Assembly (NCBI GenBank): GCA_046563655.1
Contig: CM102287.1
Coordinates: 7,068,001 to 7,132,000, forward strand
Reading direction: 5' to 3'
Source: Yuukianura sp. NJ FZ-2021
Taxonomy: Eukaryota
Length of the DNA: 64,000 nt
The notes beneath the pieces were generated by a model, which made no database searches, was not told the origin of the DNA, and saw only the letters and a program-made list of their open reading frames with translations. The position numbers and the translations under genes are program-made. Positions 23,301 through 36,900 of this stretch are shown one piece after another (the stretch's first letter is position 1; each line of letters begins with the position of its first letter).

Positions 23301-24916
23301 CTCGCGCGTCATTTTTGAAAAGGTCAAAAGATGAGGTCAACATGCTAAAGTAACGTGGTTAATAAAATATAAATCAAACTGTCATGTAGCCTACTACTTT
23401 AAGGTTGTGCTTCCAACTGAATTTTTCTTGTCTGAATTGGTTTTTCTGAATCACAAGCGGAGCATTACCTCCTGATTGATTTTTTTTTTACAAACTTTGA
23501 TGTATTTTTGTACTATTTTTGTGAATGTTTTTCAGTTTTTCTTTTTCTGTTTGAATCTTTTGTAAGGTGTGCTATTATCGAGGAGCAGTTTTTCTACGCT
23601 TTGGAAGTTTTGGTTTTCTTAGTAGAACTCACGGGGAACCTTCTCAATTTGCCGTCGCGTTTTTGAATTTCGAAGTTACAGTCGTATTCAGAATGTCAAA
23701 AGATTTTTTTTTGCAGGAGTTTTGTATGGCCAACGCCAGGAAAAAAAATCTACCTTGACTTCAACTCGCGTCCCCGCTCTAGATGAAAGAGAGAAAAAAA
23801 ATTTCAGGTCGAATTCGTAAACAGAAAACAAATGTATACGTGGGATGTTATATCACACAATTAGGACGTTTTGCGTTGAAGAATTCGACATAACTTTTTT
23901 TCCCCTTTCAATTGGATGGGGGCCGCGGAGGTCGAGCCCAGCAGGTCGGGGTACTTTGTATTTCGTTAGCAACCGAAACTAAATACAACTGCGCAAAAAT
24001 TTTCTTTTGACATACTGAATACCCTTGTAGCTTTGAAATTCAAGAATGCGACGACAGGTTTGGAATGTTCCCTCGTCAGTAAAACTTAGTTATGAGTTAT
24101 TCGTTTTGTTTTGAGGAAATTTTGTGGTCTTTTGTGACCTGTTTTTGTAAATGTTGTAGGATTGGGGCATGATTTTAAATAATTTACTTACAGAGTAGTA
24201 TGAGTTGCCTCCTTTGGGATAGAGTGGAGATGTGAATTTGTTGGGTGTTTTTGATCTGCTAAATCCAGCGGACTTGAGGAGGGAAGGTACGAGTACTGGT
24301 GGGGGAAGCAATGGAGCGTCGCTGAGTGACGCGGTCAAAAGGTTGAGGCAGGAGACCGTAGCTAAAAGCAAGAAGGCCGTGTCAATAATTGAGCACCGTG
24401 TCACAGGTTTGCAGTTAATCACGGAAATTGCCAAGGGAATCACGAGAGCTGACCGAGCAGCGTCCACCACAGTTCCATGAATCAGAAGTCCTGATGACCA
24501 ACTATGGGTAGAAATCAGAACTTCACAAATCAATGTCACTATTTTTGAAAAGAAAGAAAGTTAGGCTAAAGATGATTTACCGTCGAAGAGCTTTTCGAGC
24601 CATGATGAGTCCAGCGACTGATACGTTCGCTACAATGCCAGCTGAAAAAATTGCCACAGAAATTTTTGTCAATTTTTCACTAAATAAAAGATCAATTAAG
24701 CAAAGCTTCAAGCAAAGCTTCATTTCGCTCGTTAGAATGCCATGATTTCATTTTTTTTGAAAACTGACTTTTTGAATTCAAAATTTCAAATGTACCACTA
24801 GCGAGTCCTAGTAAGAGATGTCCATGTTGTTCTCCACCAGGGTGGCATTCGAAAGTCCGAGTAGCATTAGTTGTGGCATTTGTCACGGCATTCCCGAATC
24901 GAATATTTCCCAGCAT
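20364..24916 (-). CDS. Atypical orphan class A (rhodopsin-like) GPCR, ~585 aa
   Basis: Exons 24916-24796, 24641-24581, 24501-24192, 23188-23081, 22956-22767, 21810-21433, 20953-20364, all GT-AG and in frame (1758 nt). N-glycosylated N-terminus (NAT sites). TM1 GIVANVSV, TM2 VVDAAR, TM3 Cys plus ECL2 Cys, TM6 LLCWVPIY, TM7 HSTLHPLL, Cys-rich palmitoylation-like tail. Confidence 0.88.
22134..22293. mobile_element. 160-bp inverted-repeat element whose two ends each resemble a Helitron 3' terminus
   Basis: 34-bp terminal inverted repeats, actagacggaacccgtgatgtttaaacatcacga and its reverse complement, with 1 mismatch. Each contains a 20-bp palindrome 8 nt from a terminal CTAG|T. Lies in a GPCR intron. 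Confidence 0.7.
22450..22743. mobile_element. Tc2/pogo-type MITE remnant
   Basis: Right end gcgtcttataggcgagaaaatacgg|ta, i.e. TA + CCGTATTTT on the other strand. Degenerate left end tatttcctcgtgtataagacgc. Internal extra gcgtcttata subrepeat. Confidence 0.6.
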
Positions 24917-27900
24917 AGTTCTGAAGAGGAGAAAAGGAAATTGACTCATCAATCTTGCCACGAAAGCTTTCACTACTTTCTTTAAGAATCCAAATGGCAA
25001 AAGACAGCAATCGAGAGTTACCTTTTGTTGGGCCAGACAAAGTACGTAATGACTTTGCGCAAGAGGAAATTAATTATGGAGAAGGAGAGAATGGAGGTTA
25101 CAGAAGCGGTAAAATTTAAACTCTTGAATGTGATATGAGCAGTTTAGAAATTCAAGTGTTTATTACAAACACTTAAGCTAAAATAGTTTCCGCTTGATTA
25201 AGTTTCTAAGTTAATTAGATTTTCTAAACAAGTTCATGAAACAAGAACTACGGTGTGGACTCTCCATTTACATTTTGGCTTGAACTGTTCTGAAATGTAA
25301 ATATTTGAACTTTTGAGTCTCTCAATTCGGAATGGAAATAGGAAAACAAAAGTGAACTTTTATAAAGTAAAATTATACTTTGCTCTGAACTTTTTGAAAT
25401 GCGATGCTGTTTTTTGAAATTGGGAAAACAAAATTCTGGAAACAATAACTCTTTTTCGTCTTTTTTTTTGTGAAAATAATGAAACAAGTTGACCAACTTT
25501 TGTACTGCTTTTTCTGAAAGACAATTTTTCATAACCTTGTCATGTGTTATAGATTGTTTTTTAAGCTAAAGTTTTCTGCTGCGTTTTGACGTAGAGAAAG
25601 TCAGGATAAGAACTAGCGAAAGTTCTTTTTGGCAAAAAGCCATCGACTTTAGGAGCAGCAGGGATGACGGTGAAAGCATTTTTAAATTCTTTTCCTCAAT
25701 TTTTTTTATCCCGCGAGCAAAAAGAGTTTAGAACTTTGTCGTGTTAAGAAAGCGGAAAGTTTGAATTCCTTTTTTCTACGTTTCTTCAGGTCTTAACTTT
25801 CTTTTAATTGAAGCGAGGCGGTAGATTGAGGCCATTCGTCTTCTTTGGATTTAAAGACGAGCTTTTAATAAGGAATGGAAAATTTTATGAAGAAAAAAGA
25901 ATTAAAGAAAGTTCTGGCACTTTCGGGGTTTGGGTCTTACGATTTTAAGTTCCGTGGGAAAGTGATGACGCTTTCACTTAAATCTTCAAAAAGTGCCCAC
26001 ATCGCAAAATTTGTGAAGTGTGAAAGCTCTAATTCCGTATTTTTGTCACGTCTTAAGAAAGCCTTTATGTGTGGAGTCCATTTGGAATTTGAGAGTATGT
26101 TCTTAGAAACATAAATAAGATCTTGTGGTTTGCAAAATTTTGTTTTCCTTTTGAATTTGAAATTTTCATTTTAAATTTATGTTTACGCAGTTTTGGAATT
26201 GGCTTGTACAAAATGAAAATTGAAACTAAAAGTTAAATGAGGCGAGGAGGGAATTGGGACTGGTGAAATGTGAAATGTGAAACGTGAACTTTTAGTCAAA
26301 TTTTGGTGAAAGTGGAAATGAATTTTAAGAGGGAGAAAGTGGAGAGTTTCGCGTAGGAAAGTAAATTTGAAAAGCGCGGCAGACTTTGAAATATTCGCGA
26401 ACGTACAAGAGATGACAACTAGTTCTTTGGTAGTATATGACATTCGTGAAACTTAAGACTGTTGTAACCCGGTTGTAACTCTCTTTTGCTCTTTGTCACA
26501 CAAAAGGATCGGGCAGTTTAGGTTAGACTATGATGTAAGGTTAAGAGAACATGAAACTCTGTGAAACTTTGACATTTGAGAACCAACCTCTTTCTTGAAT
26601 TACTCCGAATTAATCGAATCTTCCAGTTCCCCGCCTTCTTCTTGGATCACGGAAGTTGTGCAATAAATTCTGGAGACGAAGGTAGGACGACACTTTGTAT
26701 TCGGTCGGAACAAAAGGCTAAAAAAAGTTTTTGAAGTTTGTTTCTGGAAGAAATTTTCTTTAGTGAGGGCCTGCGCTGCAGGAAGTCTTACCGGTAGACA
26801 ATGAACTTAGAAACGGAAAGGTGAAATTGGTGTTTTAATTAGTGCAGGGAATTGGTACAACTTCTGGAATGGCTAGCTCAAAGCCAAGTTTTTCAAAAAA
26901 GTTGTTTTTCACACGATTTAGGACTTTTCCGGACTTTGGAAAAGCTTTTCCTGTGAGGGACTTTGGCGGAGTCTTTTTTTGCAGAAACTAAAAAGTGAAA
27001 GTTTCTTACTTTCTTAAGCCCCGGGAGCTCAGTTTCAAAAAAGGCGAAATGTTCTTCGAAAGCAATAAGCGTATCTCCAAAACGTAAACTTTAAGCGAGA
27101 AAAGAGCTTTGGATAAAGAAAGTAAAACCGGAAAGAAATCAAAGGAAAACGGAAAAGAACTGATCACTTTCTCGTGTCCACTTTCCTTCTGCACGAAATG
27201 TGGGTGAGATTTTTCCTTTTGTGCCGAGAATGCACAGATCTCTTTTCTCACGATTTTTCTGCTTGGTTTTGCTGCAGTACTAGAATCTTGCGTTGAAAAA
27301 AAACTTCCGGCGATGTCTATTTACTTTCCTTTGCGAGAGCTTTTTCGAGTTTGAAATATTTCTGGAAGTACTTATGTGGTAAAAGTGCGGGCGTGAAGGA
27401 CTGAGAAGTATTTTGAGGTGGTGGTGCTAGTTGGTAGTACTTGAAGTGCAAGTGAATGAAGTTGTGGAAGCACGTGATTGGGCCTAAACTAGGAAGTTGA
27501 GATGCTCCGATGCGGAGAGACAGGAGAAAACTGGTGAAAGTGGGGTAAGTGACTAGAGCTTTATATGGGAAAAGTGAGATGTTCGGAGATGCCTGAAAAG
27601 ACTCGAGGCGACGCGCGTTATTTTGACTTTTCACTTGAATGGAAAGTTATTAGCCCTATTTTGAACGAGTTACGACACTTTGACTGACGGAGCAGTGTCA
27701 AAACGTAACGTCGTTTGCGTCAAATGACGCATTTGCAGGCTGGGTAGAAAAATTTTATCGCAGGAGGAGTCGTGGACTTAAGTCATCGAGATTAGAAGGA
27801 TTTGGAAAAGTTAGAGTGAAAGTGAACTGAATTCGGATTCGAAAGAGGCTAAAGGTTAGTCTTTGTTTTAAAACTTATTTTTCTCATTTGTGATTTTGTG

Positions 27901-30900
27901 CCTTACACCAAGCTAGGTTGAAGCTAGGCTATCCAGTATTTTCCTAAGGGAAAAACCAATTTCATGGCTCAAGAGTTCCTTGACGAGAAATCTTGAGCCT
28001 TCATCAATTTTGATTTGACTTTAGAATGGGTGTGATGATGAGGTAAAAGTTAGCCTAACTTCTCTCCTACAGTTACTTTAGGTTAAACTTATGTTCGGTT
28101 GCCGATGATCTCTCGTGATGATGGGAACTGAGATGAAGCTACCATTTTTTTTCTGCTCTTGTAGATAGCATTATCCGAAATTTGATGCGAGAGATGCAGC
28201 TTCATGTTCTAACTTTACTTTCTTCTGGTTGCTTGAGAAAGTAATGATAGTTTTCCGACGAAAACTATTATGTTGTCTTGTCAGGTTCCTCAAATGTAGT
28301 TTGTGATTTGGATTGGAAAGTGAATCAGAGACTATCTTTTGTCTTACATTTGTTCTTCTGTAATCTCTTACTTTCCTCCGCTTATCCTTGGTTCTCTGAG
28401 TCCAATTTCATTAAGTATCTATTTATATAATGGAGTTGGAAGCGAAGCAGGAGAAAGTGGATTTGGACTGGTTAGGTTTAAGATGAATGGAGCTGGACAT
28501 GAACGGAGTTCCTGCTCCTATGAATTCGAAATTGGGTAAAACGGAAGTTCAGGGTAGGCTTAAACCTAACAGGGGAAGTTTTAAGTTTGGTGGTCAGAGA
28601 AAATTGAGAGTTGGTTAGACCATGTCTGTCACTGTCGACAAAATGGAAATGAACCTTATGAAAAATTCATCCCTGGTACACTTTTCCCTTCTGATATAAA
28701 GGCTTTAGACGAGGAAATGCGGAAGGCTTTGCCTACAATTTGTAAAAAACGAAACGAAGGCTTTTCTTCTACAACTCGTGGGGCCAAAAGAGTTGAATTT
28801 TTGGGGGAAACTCTCTAGAGGGAAGAAGGATTTTTTACACGAAATTGATTCTGTTTGAATTCAGACGTTTCCTTCTGATCAATTTCGAACAAATCGCTTG
28901 TTTTTAGTCGATTGAAATGGACAATACGGCGTTGAAGTCATACAAGCTTCGACAGAAAAAAATTCACCCCCAGGGGGTCAACATTTCCATTTTTTCTTTT
29001 ACCGTGGCGAAATTCTGGGACTTTTTTTTGTCAAAATTCTTATAGAAAAAAAATTCAGGCGCCCTCGTTTTAAAGGAAGCGTTGGAAAAATTTGGTGCCT
29101 TTTATTTTGTGATTCTAATTCCAAAATTTTCTAAATTGGCAAAACTAGGACACGGAATGCCTTCAAGGGTTGGAAATGAAGGGTTTCGTTCATTTTTTCC
29201 ATTTGCTTTTGCGGATTCTAGATTCTATGAACTCTATGACTGAAGAATGCTAATTCTAACTTCCAGCGATTCTATACTGACTTTCTTTTCACTGCGAAAC
29301 AATTTCAGTTCTGGAGTCGTCTTACCCAAAGCTAACTCGTAAGCTCAATCTAGATCCAAGAGAGCAAAAGTAATGCTGTTTGGTACAGAAACAGCAGGGG
29401 GAATGTGGACGTGTTCCGTATTCAGAATAACTTTCTTCATAGAATTCTTTCCCAGTTCCACTTTTCTCCGTTTTTGATTCAAAAGCTTTTTTTTAATTTT
29501 TTAGAATTTTTTTTTTTGAAAATGAAAGAACCAACGCGTAAAAAGCCTTTTGAGAAGAGAAAGCAGAAATGAAAGTTTAGAAAATTGAATTTTTCTTGAA
29601 AGAAAATAACTTTGATCAGAAGGCACAGGTGGAGTTATTTACTAGAGAGCACGACTTTGTGCTTACTGCTTTCTCCAAGATTCTCACGAATGTTACGTTA
29701 GGTTTAGGTTTACGTTAGGCTAAGATTCGGTAAAGAGGAAGTTAGGCTAAGTTGAATTTCAGGTTAGGTTAGAAGAAGTATAATGCCCGCTGTCAATTTA
29801 GTATTCTGGAAGAGGAAGTTCTGGATATTTCTAAGGTTGCGTTAGGCTTCTAAGGTCCTTTTTAAATGAAAAGGAGAAAGTCCTTTGTTCCTTAAGGAGA
29901 CTAACTAACCTCTCCCTTTCCTGTTCCATTTTCTTATTCTGGAGGGCTTTTAAGGCTTCCTCCAAGTAGTACCTGAGGGACTAGGGAAGATTTGAAAAGG
30001 ACTTTTCTCATCTCATTTTGTTCTGCTTCGAAATTTAAAAAAAAAAGCTTTCCTCTGGTGACTGGCATGGCACGTTTTCGTTTTGGATTTGTTCTTCTCG
30101 TGGATTTTGTGAGAGGAGCTGATGGATTTTTGTAGTTTAACCTTGGTACAAAAAAAAACGTTAAGGAGGACAAATAAGCCACAGTTGAACGAATTTGAGC
30201 AAAGTTTGGCACCCTCAGCTAAAGAAATCTAGTAGTTTAATATAATCTATCTCGTAATTTTTCGAAAATTTTAAGGATGGCGACGCAATTAAATTTATTT
30301 TGAAAATGGAATTTTACATTTATTCAAATTTTTAATTAGTTAGTAATTAGCATTTAGCAGCTTTGGCAAAGCACTTCCGCTTCCGCTGTAGTTATTAATA
30401 ATCATCGAGCGGAATGACCGGAAGGGATTCGAATTGTAAAGTGGAGTTTCTGCGCTTGCGCATTGTTTAAATTTTTTGAAAATTCCAGAAAATAGATGGG
30501 AAAGTGAAATTAAGAAGGGCTGTTCTGTTTTTGCACGGAATAATTTTGCATAATCTGTCTCCCAGCGCTGCTGCGTCTGCAGCTCTTCATTTCACCATTT
30601 CCATTTCCTTTATGAAGAATTTCCATTTTATTTGGTGAAAGTCGTAAGCTGCTTATGGTTTTTGTAGAGCGAAGGCAAGAGATAGAGCCACGATTTCGAA
30701 TTTTGTGTGTTCTTTTCACGGTTTTATTTTAGTGCTTTGGCTAGGGTCAAAGAGGGTTTATGAATAAGGGCCTCGGAGAAAGCACCATCATCTGCAAATT
30801 GCAGGAGAAACGAAGGAATTGACGTCAGTTCGCTTTCAAACTTGGAGTTTAAAAAAATTAATGATCTTAGGGTTTCATTCCAGTTCAACTTTTTAAATCC

Positions 30901-33900
30901 CCCATTAAATTTGACTGTTTTTAGAAAGAAAAAGGTCACGAACTTCTTTTTAATGAAATCATGAAATTCTGAAGAAAGGCTTAAATTTAGGTTAGTTTTT
31001 TGCTCCACAGCGACTATACACAAGAGGAGAGGAAGCCTTTTCACTTTTGTGGTGAAATTGGTTACCTCTTGGCGATGACTTGTATTGTGCAAGGTGTGTA
31101 ATTAGGAGTATTCTTCTGGGAAATGTTTGTTGGATAAGGAAGAAAAATAGTCATGGCAAATGTTAGGTTATGCTGAAATGATAAAGTGTTTCACATTAGG
31201 TTATAGTTAGGTAAGTTTTTAGTAGAAGTGGTTCTGGAGCTTCTGCTGCTCTAATTTTCTCCTTTGTAAGGTTTCTACTTACACAGCAAACTTAATTTGG
31301 TAAGGTAGGTTACTTTTTTGAAGACGTAAGAAAATATGGTCGTATTTTAAGTCTCATTAGGTAAGGGAAACCGCGTGTTATGGAGGGGTTCTCGCTTCCA
31401 GTTTTTAGTACTTTCTGCATATAAAAGTTTTTGTGAGTCTTGGGAACGTGAAATAATTTTATAACCGCCTCTCCACTTTTCCTTTGCGCCTTTTTGAATA
31501 AGGGTTCTTTTGGAAGTTTTGGTCCATGTTTTCCCTCCAGGAAAAAGTGTCCGTGTAGTTACTGCTCAAGAGACTTAGAGAAAATTAACCTGCTGCTTGT
31601 TTCTCTTGGAGGACAAAGGAGGGAATAATGAGGATACGGAGAAAGAGAACTGTTGCATAATTTATAAACTATGATTTAAATAACAACCTACGTTCAAAAT
31701 TGCGGAAAAGTGGGAGGAGTATTATAATTTCAAGGCCAATCAAAATTATATTAAGTTAATGTTGCGCAAATTGACCTTAGGCTTCGAAATTGTAGATTTT
31801 GGAAATCTGAAAAATGTAAAGTACCAAAGTACGAGATACAATTAGGAACTTGTCTCTCATTTTTCATTTTTTTTCTGCTTGAATAAGTTAGTGTAGTTGA
31901 CGCAAAATGTGACTCACTTGGGCAAGATCTTAGTGAAAGTGAAGTTTGAAAGTTTTCACTTCAAGTTTGAAGGTTTTGAAATTTTTTGAGCTGCTTTTGA
32001 TTGTGAGAAAAGTGAGGCTGCTGTTGAAAAATGAGCTTGTGATGATGTCGTATCTGGATTGAAACAGAAACAGCCTTGGCTTAAGGGAGGACAAATTCTA
32101 TCGCAGTCTATTGTCCTTCCAAGGAACGTTTATTAGCCGAGACATGTCTTGCTTCGTATTTTTCATTGTGAGACACATAGTGTCTTCGCTGGGCTGAATT
32201 TAAGGGAAGATAAAAGGATTTGTAGAGTGATGGAAGTAAGTTGGCCGTAAGCCTGTCTTTATTGTAGCGGACACTTTCACTTTCCTGTAGAAAACAAGCG
32301 CCAAAGGAGGTGCTGAGAGCGTAATTATTCAGTTGGCAGGAACCCTTTATCATCCTGAGTAGATTTCAAATTAACTTGTCTCCCTTGGTGTCCTATGAAT
32401 TTAGAAAATGTTGAATTTTAGAAAAGTAATTTAGAAGGATTTTCAGACTAAAAGAGAGGAACTAAACAACCGCGAAACCCCCCAGACGCTAATAACTTTG
32501 GCGAGAAAGTAGCGCAGGAACGGTTTGAATCGGAGGAATTTTTTTCTACCTGTCTAAAAGAAAGTTGTGAAAACGTGTGATGGTTGAAAGTGATTTAGGA
32601 GTGTTCTCGAAACACAGTTTTCAGGCTGGGGTTTCCTTTAGTCGATAACTTTAGGTTACAAATCTAACGTAAACCAAGTCTTACTAAAGTTGTTCAAGGA
32701 AAGTGTCAAGGTGTCAGAGTGTGCTCGAAGCCATTTTAAATGTTACGGAAAGTGGATTCGACCGTAACTTTTTCCTCTACAATGTGAATTCACGTTCCAA
32801 GTATTAAACTTCTGTTAGGCTAGGCTGTTTTGGGTAAAATTGAGTTATGTTATAGAAAAGATTTTAAGGTTTAAGTTTACAAAGAAGTTAAGAAGTGACA
32901 GGAGTTGAATGAGCGGGGAAATTAATGATGCGAGAAGCTAAAAGCTATCTCTGGTTCAGCTTTCTCCGTTGACTTTGATTTGTATCGGTTTCGGATTATT
33001 TCAAAGTTTATGGATTTTGAATATTTTGAATTTGAGTAGCTCGTGTTGTGTCTAGAATACTTTTTAGAGAAAAAGGATTTCCTTCAGGCAAAAAGTTTGG
33101 TTGTTGAAATTCATATTGATTGGGATTGATTTTCAGAACTTTCTAGAGTCTTTTCTTAATTAGATTTTTTTCTGCTTTGAGACACAACGTTACCAAATTA
33201 TCAGTAATTTTCTTGTAACTTTTAAGACATAGACGCTGTGTTGCGGTAAGCCGTGACCATTAGTCATAAAAGTGGAGTTAGACACTTTGTGTAGTGTTTT
33301 GTGGGTTAGAGAATGCGAAAGGTGCCTAAGAATTTATAGATAGTGCACAGTTGTGAGCGATATGACAACAATTAATCGACCTTTCTTTCTTTTTCACCGA
33401 AACCTGTCCGAAGACGATTTGTTTTCGTTTCTTTTGAGGGAGATAAATTGTTTAGACAAAATTTTTAAAAAGAACTAAGAACGTCCACGCATTTTTCCCC
33501 AAATTCCTACAGTTTTGAGCAACTCTTGGGAGTTGATATATGAATTAACACAAAATGCAACTTTAAAAAAACGAAGCAGCAGCCAAGAAACAACTTTCAC
33601 TCGGAAGATAATTTCGCAATTTTAAATTTTAAATTATTCAACAATTTCGAAATTACTCAGTTTCAATAAGCTGAAATGAAATTTAAATTAATATCGTTGT
33701 GAGAAAATCACTTGGATTTCGAACCCAGTTAAGGAAGTTCGCAGAATTGGAATTATGAACTATATCATGTTGGGACCAAAATTTTTGAAAAATGTATTCC
33801 TTATAATTTGGCGGTCCCATAGCCGAGGAATCTCGAAGTTGCTGAAAAGTTGAGATGGTATCAATTGATATTGATGTGTCATAGGGCGTTATTTCTGTCT

Positions 33901-36900
33901 GGTTTTCCTTGGAGATGGGAAAGTTGATGTTGCTAGAGGGAAAGTTCCATTTGGGTTACGTTTGTGGATCTAGTGCTCTTTGGATTCCACGGTTCTAATA
34001 ACTGTCACCGCAGGAAAAGACGTAAGAGTGTAACGGAGCCTAATGTAGCTCCCGGTTTTCCATTTCTTCGTTTGAGTCTTCTGCCAATGCCCTCTCTGCT
34101 CCTGGCCTTTGTTTACTTTCACTGGGAAAAGTGAAAGTGGGGACATGGAAAGGAAATTTTAAGCCTTTGTCTACGAGTCCTTGTGGTGGAACGAAGATTT
34201 AGAAAGACGTCTTAGATTTCTGGTGCATTCAGATAACCAAACAGACTCAGTATGAGTTTGCTTTCCTTTTTCAAATAAGAAATATATAATAGAAAAATCA
34301 GTTTCAAATATTCTTGCGTTGAGGAAAAAAGCGTTGGTGCGTAGAGAAGTTCCGGCAGCTACAATTCTTTTGTTTACGGAACGACAGAGTGGGGAAATGA
34401 GAGATAAAAGGGAAAGGAAACGGAAAAAACTGAAAAAGATGATAATGGATGAAAATATGCTTGAGTTATGGAAAAAAAATTCTTGTCAATTTTTCCCTCC
34501 GGGAAATCTTCTATAAAATATTAAAATGCAAAAAGATTTGAAAAAGGAAAACAACAACATGAAATTCTGCGAAGGCAAAGCCTTATTTTGCTGTGCTTCT
34601 CATGAGAATTAGTTATATTGTTTACAATTTTTTTTTTAATTTGAAACCAAAAAATGGTCTTTTCTGTGGAATATGCTTAGCTAAATAAATTTTGAAGTAT
34701 TTTGAATTAAGTAGTATGCGGTGAAGACTGCATGAATCTTGCTTTAACTTTCTATGTTATTTATTTTTTATACTACATACCGGGCACTTCGTATGATGAG
34801 ACTGCTCCAGTTCCAGTATAGCCATCGCTGTTCCTGCCAGGAGTGCAGGAGAAAGTGAGCTGTTGGAGGAAAGTGGCTCCGTTTTTCTTTGAAGCTTCAA
34901 AATGCGTAGAACAGGACCAGCATCCAGCTAGAGTTTTTAGGTGAAAGTTTTGTGCTGACGGAAATTTATCTTTCGGGTTCCGGATGATAAAGTTTTGGTT
35001 AATATCCGTTTTCTACTGGAATTAAATTAAGGGCTACAAAATCCAGATGGCGGGCATTCTGGCGGGAACCGGGAATGCAAGAGACTTAAGGCGGCTGCCG
35101 AGATTAACTGATACGAAACCTGCTGGTCCTGTCAAATGAAAATTAATTCTGAATTTTGAAAGAACTGACGGGCATAGAGCCCTTGTACGAATGCAAATGA
35201 CTATAAAATCACATGGTCATAAAAAGTAAAAGTAGGGGTTCTCAATTTTAGTACTAAATTTAAAATTTTTGATGAATGAAAATCTCAAAACCTAAATAAA
35301 AGCTCAGACTCTGAAATGACAATTTTATGCGGGAGTTTTATGGTATATCCTTTCCGGAAAATCGTAAAATCTTTGCAATTTTCAAATTAAAAAATTACTC
35401 AAACGATTTTAACCTAATCTAACAATTTTTTTGTGTTTAGTAGGCGGACATTTACATGAAGATTGATGAAGCAAGTGGAGCGTTTCGTTCAATTTTGGGA
35501 ACTTCTGATATGGATTGAGCGACAACACAAAGGAAAGGAGGATAATTTGAGCCTGATGGATTTTCAAGTCCTTGATCTCTGGTCATCTTTCAAGTTTCCG
35601 GGAAAGAAGAAAAACCCAGGAGATTGAATTCTGGTCTGTGAAAGGATCTCAGGATTTCTGGACACACCCAGCATTTTTTTCTATCATTTTCAAAATATTT
35701 GCTTCCCCTTCTTTTCGTAGACGTTTTTGTCGTTCGCCATGCTTTGACGCTCCCAGGGTTCAGTGACATGGAGAAAGAAGGAAAATCTGCTGGTTTGTTA
35801 CTTTTGCCGGATAAAAGTGAAAGTGAACCAACAGATTTCCATTAAGACGTTACTTTTTCCGCCAGAAAGTCTAATGAGCCTGGGGATCAATTCCAACTGG
35901 CTGCGTTTGTTTTGTCTGCAAATGAAATTTCGGCTCGGCACAAGCGTTTAGGGACACTGTAAACTGCATCTCAAAGGAGCGTGCGTTTCTGTTTATGACA
36001 AAAAAATTCAGACAAGATGCCAAATGCAAAATTCCTTAAAATATATTTCGAACTAATAAGTGCTTGAGTCATGATTTTTTTTTCGAAAGCTGCTTGGGAT
36101 TCTAACTTCCTGTTTCCCGAAATTCTAACTTTTGAAAAATTTACATTTGCCACTAAACTACCTCTAGAAGAATTATTTGAGCTTAATTGAGGGTGGGGAA
36201 GTGGAGATGATAGAATGAAGCGTGGGAATTGTGACATGACACGCTCAGAGTGAAACCGACAAGCGTCATAATGAGATGAATATTTCATAAGATTTTGTTA
36301 ACACTGTAACCTTGTAGCTCCTACAGATTTAACTTGATTATTTCAGATGGTGAGCTCTTGCTAGTAGCTAAAGATGAAAAGCCAAAGCCGGCTCGGAGAC
36401 AGATTGAAAATCCTTGAAGAAAGAAGTAAGAAGTGCAAAGCCCAAGTTCTCGAAGAACCGAATTTCGGAGGCTGTTCAAACAGCTCCGACGAAACGGAGC
36501 TCATTGAAGACGAATTAGATGGGATTCTATTAGGCATTTCAAAAGAGGATTTGGGAATGAAGTCCTTCAATATGGGGTCGATAGTCTCCTCGTCAAGGTG
36601 ACTAATCAGTGGCAGAGTGATGTCCATTCCCATGTGTTAGGCTAGGTTTTAGTTGAGATGATGCTGCGTTGTATTAGATGGGTGAATCTAAAATTTAAGC
36701 GGGTGTAACGTTTTTCTTTTGTTTTGTAAAAAAGCAATTTGAAGCGGGAACTGGGAGCGGGTTGGGTTGAAATGGAACCAACCGTTGTTGGGATCCATTT
36801 CGCATTTTCGGATCGGCTGGATTTCTTTATGGAACGTAACGGAAGCTTCCTCCTGTAGAAATGGAGAAGTATTAATGGAGGAATTATAAAGATGAAGCCC

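Noticed and set aside
29697..29772. Interstitial telomeric (TTAGG)n array
   Set aside because: Only scattered imperfect units, not a tandem array.
36374..36601. 75-aa protein-like ORF (MKSQSRLGDRL...) with a nearby acceptor and donor
   Set aside because: No partner exons or recognisable motif found, and ORFs of similar size overlap it on the other strand.
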